From Octopus sinensis (lineage: Eukaryota), in NCBI RefSeq assembly GCF_006345805.1, contig NC_043000.1, positions 46,562,001 to 46,626,000 on the forward strand: a stretch of DNA of 64,000 bases. The letters run 5' to 3'. The notes beneath the pieces were generated by a model. The model made no database searches. It saw only the letters and a program-made list of their open reading frames with translations, and was not told the origin of the DNA. Below, one piece after another: positions 53,406-64,000 of this stretch (position 1 is its first letter; each line of letters opens with the position of its first letter). Position numbers and translations under genes: made by a program.

Positions 53406-54430
53406 ACTGATGCAGTACCAGGCACTGGCTTTCATTGCTTCCAATCTTAACTGATTGCAAGTGCTATCATGTACATTGTTTTGTCTTGGTATTAAAGACG
53501 GGCTACAGCAAATATTCTGCTCAATACCACAGTTTTGCTTGTCAGTTGTTTGATCTTAACCATTTGAGCATGTCCCTTAGTGGCTGACGACATGTGCATC
53601 TCTGATCACAAGCAGAAGTAGGGGACAGAGAGCATCATCAACATGTGTTGACTGTAGTTCTTTGGGGTTTGGATAATTCACCTCTGGAAACAGGTGTTTT
53701 GTTCAATATCCTTAAACAACCCTTATTCAAGGACCTTTTATACTGGATGGGCTACTCGGCCAGAAGAAAATTCTAACTGGGCCCGATCTGCAAGGTCATG
53801 TGCTGTTAATCTTGATATGATATCACCATGTTATGCACATATGATTGTGATGCATGTTCCTGGTGTACCCTTATCAGGTGGGTAGTCATGATGGGTATAC
53901 TGGGCTTCATATATTTTACCCCAGTGTCACTTTGATGGCATGCACTGCTCTCTCACTCAACAACAGTAATAATAATATGCCTTGACGCAGTATCAGGTAC
54001 TGGCTCTCATGGCTTCTCAACTTAACTGATTGGATGTCTTATCATGTACATGTTTGTCTTGGTATAAAAAATGGGCTACAGCAAATACTCTGCTCAATAC
54101 CACAGATTTGCTTGTCAGATGCTTGAACTTAACCATTTGAGCATGTCTCTTAGTGGCTGACAATATGTGCATCTCTGATCACAAGCAGAAATAGTGGGAG
54201 AGCATCATATCCATGTGTTGTGAGGAATTCTTTGTGATTTGAATAATTGACTTCTGGAAACATAGGTGTTTCATTCAACATCCTTAAACAGCCCTTACTC
54301 ATGGACCTTTTCAGTGGGATGGGTTGCTTGACCTGGAGAAAATTCTAACTGGGCCCCACCTGTAAGGTCATGCTCTGTTTGTCATGATATGAGATCATCA
54401 TGTCATGCATAAATGGTTGTGATGCATGTA
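53406..54430 (+). repeat. Head-to-tail dimer of an unclassified repeat of about 575 bp with an (AAT)n linker
   Basis: 53406-53975 and 53982-54430 align with moderate divergence. A partial reverse copy lies at about 19140-19320. Confidence 0.8.
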
Positions 54431-54434
54431 AGAG

Positions 54435-54690
54435 AATTAATTAGCATTAGCATGAAGAAGTGGAAAGTAGATCTTTACTCAGATGACTCATTCTTAGGGA
54501 AAGTTAATATTGAAAGGGGAATTTTCCAGGGGGACTCGTTGTCCCCTTTAATATTTGTCTCATATTTGATCTCCCCCCAGTTTAGTATTGAGGAAGTTAA
54601 AGGCAGGGTATCAGTTCAGAAATAGTAAGGGAAAAATTACAGCCATTTGCTCTACATGGATAATCTGAAGCCTTTTAGTATGAATGTAAA
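54435..54690 (+). mobile_element. R4/Dong-like RT fragment
   Basis: MKKWKVDLYSDDSFLGKVNIERGIFQGDSLSPLIF. Confidence 0.8.
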
Positions 54691-54915
54691 GAGATATTTT
54701 ATTGTGTCTGGGGAGAGTAATTCTGTTTTGGTACCTTATTATCTAACACACTCACTAGCTCGATTTCCACTCTTTTACTTAGGAAATATAGGTAGAAGGT
54801 AGTCATACTGCTATACCCACAGTTTATATATACACAGGTAGAGTTGTTAGTAGGCTGTTATGTAGATGTATATATATATACACACACACACATACACACA
54901 CACACACACACACAC

Positions 54916-54953
<38 letters not shown>

Positions 54954-54954
<1 letters not shown>

Positions 54955-55652
54955 AAGGTGCATAAGGTATTTGAGGATATACTTTTTTGGGTCATTGCTG
55001 CATTTTTTGCTAACTCTGTATAATCTTTGTTTCAGGAAATAATAGCAGATGGTTATGTGCAGACCCTTCTGAAGTTCCAGGTGTTAAGTATACAAAATTT
55101 CTTGCAACAGTGATGGTTTTAGAGGTTGTCAGCAATGAAGGACATGTAATGCCTCCTTACTTCTTTCCACAAGGCCTTAGAGTTTTAACTCTCTCGCCTA
55201 CATTGAGGTCTGGAAATAATTGTTAAACCCTGGATAGATATTGTATGCAATGGAAGGCCATATGTGTTTCAGTAAGTTTCATGATCACATAACACCCTTA
55301 ACATTTGGCCCCTTAATTCTCCAGATCTCAATCTATTGGACTATTACAGGAGGAGCATTGTTGAGAAAGAGATCAATGAACATACCCATAACACCAAAGT
55401 TTCCTTGAAAGCTACCATAGTCAGAGAAATGTTTAAAATGAACCAGGACAAATTGATTCAAGCATGTAGATGATGTAGATTTCATATAGAAGCAATTGTT
55501 GATGCTGAAGGTGGCTTTATTGGATAAAATTATAGAAAAGAAGGTTTATTTTTATCCTCATAGCATTTTTTGTTAAGTAAAGTTATTACCTGTTATATAT
55601 CAGGGTTTTTTTTATAAACATATATCTGTCCTCAATTATCTTATGCACCCTG
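54954..55652 (+). mobile_element. Internally deleted maT/DD37D-like transposon with TIRs
   Basis: TIR caaggtgcataaggtatttgagga matches the reverse complement of tcctcaattatcttatgcaccctg. Translation: VMVLEVVSNEGHVMPPYFFPQG..WPLNSPDLNLLDY..HNTKVSLK..IEAIVDAEGGFI. Confidence 0.85.
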
Positions 55653-56142
55653 TATATATGTAGGTAAATGGATATCTAAGTAAACATAGATAATCAGATA
55701 GATAGGTACATAGGTAATGCATACAGATCAGCACACACATACACACACACACAAGAACGCATATGGAGACACATATACATACATAACAGATGTACATAGA
55801 CAAACCCATGCACAAAGACACACTCAAACATGCACACACAAGGAGACAGAGGTACACACACAAATACACACACGCATACAAATACACGCACACATACAAA
55901 CACACAATCATGAACACACAAACATATATATATAAAGCACAATTTATTCATGATCAGAGGTGTTTGAAAACCAAGGTATTACTGTATATATAGTGGATTC
56001 CTTATGTGTTTAAATGTACACTGTATTTTATGTCTAATACATAGTCTTAATACATAGACTAAATTTTTACACGTTAGGCCACTGGAAATAAAAATTTTAA
56101 TTAATTTCCATTTCCCTTTGATATGATTAAGTATATATATAT

Positions 56143-56191
<49 letters not shown>

Positions 56192-56214
56192 ATATATATA
56201 TATATGTTATATAT

Positions 56215-56279
<65 letters not shown>

Positions 56280-56606
56280 ACATATATATATATATATAGA
56301 TATATATCTATATTATATATATAAATATTATATTATAATATATATATATTAACATATATATATATACATATACTATATATATATATGTATATATATATAT
56401 AATATATATATATATATATAATTACATTATATAAAAGGGCTTAGTAAAATAAATTACTTTGCCGCATACTGAACTCATACTGAATTTATTTTACTAACCC
56501 TTTTATATAATGTAATAATTTGAATTCGCCTTGAATGGTCCCTTTGCATACTGAACACTTGGTGAAATGATAATAATTAATTAATTTTGTCCTCAATTGT
56601 TGAAAT

Positions 56607-56649
<43 letters not shown>

Positions 56650-56693
56650 TATATAATACACATTATATATATACATATACATATTATATATAT

Positions 56694-56878
56694 GTGTACC
56701 GTTGCGACTTTTTTCCTCTGTCTCCCTTCTTGGATCTTTCCTCTCCTATGTTTCGACAAAGAGCTCCGCTCGAAACGTTAAACCCTCCTTCTTTCCTTCT
56801 TTCCTGAGCGTCCAATATACTATATTGTTCCACGTCCTCGCGTTGTAGGTTTTTTTGTGTTTTTTTTATTGGATTAAC
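56694..56878 (+). mobile_element. Second copy of the 3845-type minimal-HHR element
   Basis: 56750-56783 reads gttt-cgacaa-a-gagc-tcc-gctc-gaaa-cgtt-aaac; bounded by (TA)n. Confidence 0.7.
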
Positions 56879-56889
56879 TTTATATATAT

Positions 56890-57086
56890 GTTGATTCGTT
56901 AGCTACTGCACGCATTTTTTTCTCTCCTTCTTTCTGTTTTCTCTCTCTGTGTATCCTTCTGTTGAAGAGCGTAGGCTCGAAACGTTAAAGACTTGTTTTA
57001 TTTATATTCCTGAGCGCCATATAACTACAATTGTTCGTTTGTTCCACCTGCCTTCGTCTTGTGTTTATTTTCATAAAGCTCCCGTT
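56890..57086 (+). mobile_element. Second copy of the 18058-type minimal-HHR element
   Basis: 56955-56990 reads cctt-ctgttga-a-gagc-gtag-gctc-gaaa-cgtt-aaag; bounded by (TA)n. Confidence 0.65.
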
Positions 57087-57379
57087 ATATATATATATAT
57101 ATATATATGAAAGTTCATGAGGATTACTTAATACAGTTTTTGAAGTGCAGAGACGATTTCTTAAAAAAATTATTTTCTTAAATAATGTTATGAAATCTTT
57201 TATGAGGATGTTACTAACCTTTTCTGAGAAGAAGTTTTTTTTCTAGTGTGTGAGTGCTTTCAACAAACCTTTTCAAACACACATGCTCTTAAAGAGGAAG
57301 TCGTTACTCTTGTGCTAGTGGTCGTATTATTTCTGGTTTATTTTTGGACTTCTGGTTTTAGTCATAAATATTCTTTTAC

Positions 57380-57830
57380 CATTGTTTATTATATGGCATG
57401 TTGGCTATTTTGGGTTTAATTTCAGATTTAGAATTCTTATAAATTCTTCTTCTTTTGTAGTTGTACATTTTCATCGTTTATTTTGTAAAATGGGAATATT
57501 TTTAATTTTCCATTTGCACTGGTATATAGATGTTCACTGCATAGAACATTCCTAAGAGATGAATCCCTAATTTGTTGTTTATGCACATTTACACGGCTGG
57601 TCAGTTTCCTTCCTGTCTCCCTAATGTAGTTTTCATTGCATTGTAGGCATGTGATGCAGTAGATGAGGTCTTTTGTTTTGAAAATTATGCTTGCATTTAC
57701 TTTTAATTCCTTTTAATTCCATTCTTGAGTCTTTTTTGGTTGCCCCTTGCTCACTTAATTCATATGTCCTTCAACTGGGGGACTCCACAGTTGGTTACTT
57801 GCATCATTTCTTTTTCAAATGTTAATCTCA
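57380..57830 (-). mobile_element. Penelope-like (Neptune-type) GIY-YIG endonuclease fragment
   Basis: QVTNCGVP..KDLIYCITCLQCNENYIRETGRKLTSRVNVHKQQI..LCSEHL..KIFPFYKI resembles LIYxIxCxxC..YIGETG..L..R...H. Confidence 0.8.
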
Positions 57831-58149
57831 CCTTTGTTATGTATATATATATATATATATACATATACACACACATATATGTGTGCATGTGTGTTTGTAT
57901 GTATGTATATATGTATATGTGTGTGTATATAAATATGTATATATATATACACACACACATATATATATACATACAAGGGGCATGTGAATATGGTTATAAT
58001 CCAAGCTGTGTTATCTCCAGGCACATCTATTTAGTCCAGTACTACAAGGTTCTATGTGGATGTTATAATTGTGTGAGATATGCATAAGAGTTGAAAAATA
58101 CTGGAAAATATTTTTGCACAGTAATTACATATCAAAACAGGTGAGTCGC

Positions 58150-58415
58150 AGAAAAAAAATTGGTATCATTATTTATTCACCATTACACATTTTTCATTTG
58201 TTAATAGGAGTTACAAAATTGTACATATAGAAAAAATATGTAAAATATTTCTTATTAGAAATGTTTCAGACAAAGAATCAAGTAAAATAAAATTTACATT
58301 TTGATGAAGCTTTTATTAATGAAGCAAAAGCTTCATCCAAATATTAATTTTGTAGCTCCTATTAACAAATGAAACATGTGTAATGGTGGATATATAATAT
58401 CAAAAAAATTTTTCA
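58150..58415. repeat. Imperfect fold-back element
   Basis: 58176-58220 pairs with 58346-58390. Inner hairpin gatgaagctttt / aaaagcttcatc at 58303-58337. Confidence 0.7.
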
Positions 58416-60149
58416 CACTCACATACACACACACACTGGTATGTGGAAGAAAATATTGTTAAATTTACAAATTAAGTACAAATCCTATTCTACATTTTAA
58501 ATTTTATATTTGTATTTTGTTATGCACTATATTGAGATGTATTTCATTTATGAAATAACGTCTTTTATATTAAGTACAAGTTATATTTAGAATAACTTGG
58601 TTGCATTCAGGTTTAGTCTGATACATGGCCGTATCACACCTGTGGCATAATGGAAGAAGCGGTAATGTAAATAATGATAACCTTTCATGATGACAGCAAC
58701 TATGATGAGGATGCTGCTGCTGATGATAATGATGATGATGATGACATTTCATATTTATATATTCTACTCATTCTGCCAACACAAAATCTTTAATAACTAA
58801 AGTAAAACTAATGCAATGAAGTCGAAATAAATAAGAAAAACATTAAAAAAAAAAAGATATATGGCGTCTTCTCTTATTCATTCTGTATCAAAACCCTTTT
58901 CAAAAGCCTGATATGAAATGAAGGATAAAAACTGGTAAAAAAAAAAGAAGAAGAAAAAAATCAAAGCAAATATTTTTAGCAAACAGTCTTAATATTAAAC
59001 TAATAATTTGCTATAAAAATTAATGAACAACAGAAAATATTAGTCAAAGTAATTGCATAAACAACTTCTGAAAGTGAGAAAACATTATCTAAGAGAATTT
59101 ACTCATGGGATAAACAAGTCTGAATGCAGACGTAATCCAACTAATGTGAAAATAATAGCTATATAATCAATATACACTTCTGATAAAAGCTTATTTGGTA
59201 AGGAGGTAAGTTCTCTAGGGATACGGAATAAAATATCAGTTTTGTTGCTCATTCCTTTGCGTTAATACTCGAGTGTAAACATTACATCCCTTGAGAAGGT
59301 CTCAAAAGAGAAAAAAAAGAGGAATAATCCAAGGTTACATATTCTATCATGTATCTAACTTCACAGGAACTCACACAGTTTGCATGTACATAAAAGCCTT
59401 AACTCACATCAAAGTATGTCTGTCTGCATCAATATGTGTAGTTTGGACACACAAGCACATACATACACGTGCACACATACACATATGTACACACACATGC
59501 ATACACACACACATCAAACCAAATAACTAATGAAACTCCAAACAAAGGGCCCTTCACAGTCTACCAACTAGAAATAGCAGCCAAAATTTCATTTCTGCTA
59601 GACATATCTTCACCATGTGAAACAGGAAGAATACATTGATGCTATAGTTTAGTACTTCTGAAAGTGTATAATACTCCCCTCTAGAGGGTACCATGCACAT
59701 TTTCATATGGGTACTGAAGACAAAGTGGAGATACAGAGATTACATGGAGCATAAAGAGTACCTATCTGAATATGGTTAAAGTTGCAAATGAAAAGTTGGA
59801 TCACTAACTAAAATTAAGAGGTGATACATCACAGAGTCACTTAAAGTAGAGTACTGAGGTTAGTAGTCATCCATATCAAACTTGTACTCAGAACTTCACC
59901 TGTCATGTGAGATGTTACGAGTGCATAATTAAAAATTGGATGGTATTGAATTGTAGTAGAGGGATATTGTTATAATGTGTAAATAATAGAAAAACTTTTT
60001 CAAGATGAACAGAAAGGATGCTTTAAAGGTTTATTCTGTGAAGATAAATTATTTTTTAACAAAGCCATATTCAAAAGGGGTAGAAAGAGTAAAAAGGGCC
60101 TGAGCATGGCAGGCCCCAACAAATGTTAACTAATTTTTCAAAGAAATAA

Positions 60150-60480
60150 AGAAATCAGCCAAGTGTAAAGATTTGGAAACAAAGATAACCAGAATGCAAC
60201 AACCGAAAACAGAAACAGTCACTATTATAATAATAGGTGCTTTGGAAATGACTAAAAAAATAAGCAGACACATATAAGACCAAAACCTCAGGAATTATGA
60301 ATGAGCACAACATTCCAAAAAATAACACAACTAGGCACTGCACACCTATTACATAGAGCATTTTTGATTCAATAGAAAAGCTTTAAAAAAAAAGGAATAA
60401 AATACTGTACATACCCAAGGCACCCAGGGTGGCGTTTAGTGCAGAGAAAGTATGCAATAACAATAAGACTAATGAAAAAA
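60150..60480 (+). mobile_element. R4/Dong-like LINE, C-terminus and 3' UTR
   Basis: KSAKCKDLETKITRM..KTETVTIIIIGALEM..(frameshift)QKITQLGTAHLL resembles EKxxKYxDL..IIIGALG..QKxALLGTAHIL. Confidence 0.7.
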
Positions 60481-60630
60481 TATAATGATATTGTTTCATT
60501 ATTTACTTTTTCTATAGAATCTTACAGAACATATATAAATTAGATTCAATGTAGCAATTATGTAATTCAAAGACATTCATTATCATAAATGAGTCTTCTG
60601 TCCTAATTTTCTCATGCTCTTTCTTTCCTA

Positions 60631-60668
<38 letters not shown>

Positions 60669-61160
60669 GCTTCTTTCTTATCTACTCTCTCTCTCTGTCA
60701 ATCTCCTTCTGAAATCAATATCATATGAATAACATAACAATGAAGCTTCTCTCTTCAATTTCCTTTCCCATTCATTGATTCTTTCTTTTCACACAATATT
60801 CTTCTCCAATTCCTCTCACCCTCCCTTTCTCTCTCTCTCTCTCTCTTCCTCTAACTCTCTCTTCCTCTCCCTCCCTCCTTTTCTCACCCTCACTCTTTTT
60901 ATCTGTCTCCATCTCCCTTTTTTCATCTAGCTTTCTAGTTGAGTATTTCAGCAAAATTTCATTAAAACATAATGCTTCTTCAAAAAGTTATGAGGAAACG
61001 AAGTTGGCAGGGTACCGAACTATAGTCATGTCAAAACCTTGTGTAGTAAATAATTTAATGCGAATGTGTAAAGGTATTCACACACACAAATACATGTAAA
61101 TATATATACCTGTGTATAAATATGTATGTGTATATATATGTATGTTTGTATGTGTTTGTG

Positions 61161-61189
<29 letters not shown>

Positions 61190-61204
<15 letters not shown>

Positions 61205-61860
61205 TCAACTTGTGTGTCTGTGTGTGTATCTGTGTGTGTGTCTGTGTGTTTAACTTCCCGGCATATCTCCTCCTAGTCAACAAATCGTAGAACCACCAAA
61301 AATGGGTCACTTAAAGTTTAGGCGAATGAAAATTGAACTGCATTATTTCTGTTCCGAAATTCATCTCACAAGTGCAAAAATCGCTAATGTGTTTGTTTAG
61401 GCCTTATCCCATGCATTGAATAGTGAACTTTACTCAGTCAGCTGTTTGATGTGAACTGTGTTCACCACGTGTGCAAGCATGCATGAATTGCATGAAAAAT
61501 AAAAAAATCAAGATATAAAAACGAATCGCCGAAAACATTGTAAAAATTCGGCAAAGAAATGAATTTTCGGGATGTAGCCTGGAGGGTTTTTTCGTATTAA
61601 TCGTTTGGACTTTGTGAACACATACCAATTGTTTTCATAACATTTTTAAGGCTTTGAATTAAATGTGACTGTTTTGCATTGAGTCTGCAGTTTGAATCAC
61701 TTTAACCAAATTTTAGCAGGCCGGATTTTTTATCATCACGATACATCACCAGCGACTCCCTGAAACTCTCCTCTGAAATCCCCGTTGAGAAATCTATATA
61801 TATAAAACTCAACTTGTGTGTCTGTGTGTGTATCTGTGTGTGTGTCTGTGTGTTTAACTT
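61190..61860 (+). mobile_element. Helitron-like element with a repeated 5' end
   Basis: tatatataaaactcaacttgtgtgtctg..tttaactt at about 61190-61256 recurs exactly at 61793-61860, where it begins A|TCTATATATATAAA. No CTAG 3' end was found. Confidence 0.55.
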
Positions 61861-61910
61861 TTGGATCTACCAAGTTTCATTATTAAGGATGGAAAGTAGT
61901 GTGTAGCAAA

Positions 61911-62299
61911 TCTATATATATAAAGCTGAGGTTGTCTGTGTGTGGCAGGTTTGGTAGCCTTCAACTAACACTATCTCCTTCGAGACCCTGCAGCGCAAGT
62001 TGACCAAAATTGAGCGTATGATAGAAGAAGGCTTGCTCTTCATTCTGAAGGAGATAAAATTCAAATCGGACCATGTTAACACCAAAACTTATTTACATCA
62101 AAAAGGTGCTTTTTTCCAATGAAAATCCTTATTTTTTACGATTTTTGACTGCTGTGTCACCGTTTTTCGGTGTATTTCAACTGGAAAAATGTTCACTTGA
62201 AGAGAATAACAAGTTGCATAATGCAAAATTTTTACTTTTCAAAATTTCCAATTCTAAAGGGTCAAAACAAACCCAAGCAACACCGGGTGATACTGCTAG
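61911..62299 (+). mobile_element. Non-autonomous Helitron
   Basis: A|TCTATATATATAAAG 5' end, 3' hairpin cccaagcaacaccggg, CTAG|T end. Confidence 0.85.
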
Positions 62300-62324
62300 T
62301 ATATATATATATATAAACATACCC

Positions 62325-62810
62325 ATCTGTCCTCAGCTGTCTGGACTGCTGCTCTCAATCACAGTGTCAAATTAATAGTGGAACTCGAAGTAGTTCAGTG
62401 GTACAGCTCAATAGAACAGCTAAACTACTGGAGAAATGGAAAGAGTTATGACTCTACTCCCTAGAGTGAAGATGAGAGGGATATGCAGTGATATCCTGGA
62501 GGGGTAGGCACCAAACTTTGGCATCAATAGCTATACCAGCTCCCAAATTATACGTCATTGCACAGTTCCAATGGTCCCAGCCATCCCATTTAGTGTGAGT
62601 AACTTGTACTGCAATAGCTTAAGACTCAAGGACATGTGGCTGTTTAATAACCTGCTAAAACATCTGAGAGATCTGTAAGGAGTTAGGGTGGATGCTTTCA
62701 AGAAACAGCTTGATCTCTTGCTGTTCAAGGCCCAAGATGAGCCTACATCATGGCAAGAAACTCAAAAAGAGGGCTACAATATTGAACTTCTTCCTTCGCC
62801 AAAAGTTATT
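62325..62810 (+). mobile_element. CR1-group LINE, decayed C-terminal fragment
   Basis: SQLSGL..LNYWR..L*LYSLE*R*EGYAVI..YCNSLRLK..LFNNLLKHLRDL..FKKQLDLLLFKAQDEP. Confidence 0.75.
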
Positions 62811-63090
62811 CACATAATAATAGGCATTGCAAAGGTAATAATACTTGTGGTGCCCCAGCATGGCCATAACCTAATGCCGAAATGTATAAGGAATAAAAGA
62901 ATAAAAGACTATGAGAAGTAAGGATAAACACAAGTTTATATTATAGTTCATATGTGTATTTAATCATTGTGGTTGAATAGAGCCCTGCAGTAAGTGCTCC
63001 AAGTGCATTTTGATGCTCAACGAAGATGGATCATCAAGAAATGAACACACATATATATATTTATGTATATATGTTTGTGTATAGTGTGTG

Positions 63091-63136
<46 letters not shown>

Positions 63137-63138
<2 letters not shown>

Positions 63139-63367
63139 GGAGTAAACACATAAATGTAAAACAAGGTGGGAAAAAAAGAGTACTCAAATACCAGTGGTAG
63201 AGTAATATGCTTTATTTAAAGCAGCAGAAAATTCAACAAAATCTGTTACTCTGAGTTTCTCGTTGCCGTTCATCAGACAGTTTTTGCTAGAAAAAACTGT
63301 CTGATGAACAGCAATGAGAAACTCAGAGTAACAGATTTTGTTGAATTTTCCGCTGCTTTAAATAAAG
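63137..63367. mobile_element. Short element ending in a 158-bp palindrome with a hammerhead in each arm
   Basis: 63210-63285 pairs with 63291-63367. Plus-strand 63297-63334 reads CUGU CUGAUGA A CA-gcaa-UG A GAAA CUC-a-GAG UA ACAG, with a mirror copy at 63243-63280. Confidence 0.75.
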
Positions 63368-64000
63368 TACATATATATATATATACACGTACACATGCAC
63401 ACATACATATGCACACACATCTTCACTGATGCACTAATCGATTATATTTGGGTGTTGCAAGTCAGATTGCTTTGTTTGATTTTAGAAAACTAATCCATTT
63501 CCAGGTTTCTGTGTAAATCTATTACTATTATCTGTAAATGTGTCTATAAGTGCATCTAAAATAATAGATGTAAATGAACCCTGTAACCAGGATAGTTGTT
63601 AATTCTACTTTACTTCACCATAAATTGTTATCTCTTTCCTCAATTTTAATATATCATACATATAAATATTCACATTTGGCATGCAGCAAGCTTTTGCAGT
63701 AGTTCACATTTGTTCCTTGTACCACAGAGCGATACCAGTTCTGATTCATTTGAATCAGATTGCTGATGTAATTGGAATGTTTCAGTGGGATTCTTAATCA
63801 TTAAAGGCATTGATACATTATGATTCCGGTGTACTTTTTGCTTGACTATCCTGACAATCCTTACTATAGAAAGTATTTTGAATAGTTTTTGGAATAGTTT
63901 TATATCTCATGGGAAGTTAGTACCCTGTAGAAGTTTTGTGGATTGATAATCTGATATCTCCCATAGTAGTATAACACAATCTACATTTTCTATCACAGCA

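Noticed and set aside
58297-58342. uUGAUGA-A-GCUU..AAGC-aaaa as a hammerhead
   Set aside because: Both core halves are mutated, there is no stem I, and the pairing is explained by the fold-back.
63690-63900. Open minus-strand frame near the window end (..MPLMIKNPTETFQ..)
   Set aside because: No recognisable domain, and upstream stops in all frames.

Overview
AT-rich, microsatellite-dense eukaryotic DNA. The SINE/LINE repertoire suggests an octopus or related coleoid cephalopod (inference; no search was run). No intact protein-coding gene is recognisable, and most of the supplied ORFs are translations of (TA)n, (CA)n, (TAC)n or (AAT)n tracts. The window holds decayed mobile elements: mariner, Tc1, maT-like and hAT DNA transposons; Helitrons; RTE, R4/Dong-like, CRE/HERO-like and CR1-group LINE fragments; Penelope-like (PLE) GIY-YIG remnants; several tRNA-derived SINE families; and an interstitial TTAGGG tract. 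The main signal, found by hand-folding, is about 14 type I hammerhead ribozyme (HHR) motifs, 6 of them intact or nearly so. They sit in roughly 9 unrelated short non-coding elements. Many are bounded by (TA)n and share a layout of partial head-to-tail repeat and/or inverted duplicate, as expected for non-autonomous PLE-mobilised retrozyme-like elements. One motif is fused behind a tRNA-derived Pol III SINE head. All folds, translations and identities were read by eye and need computational confirmation.
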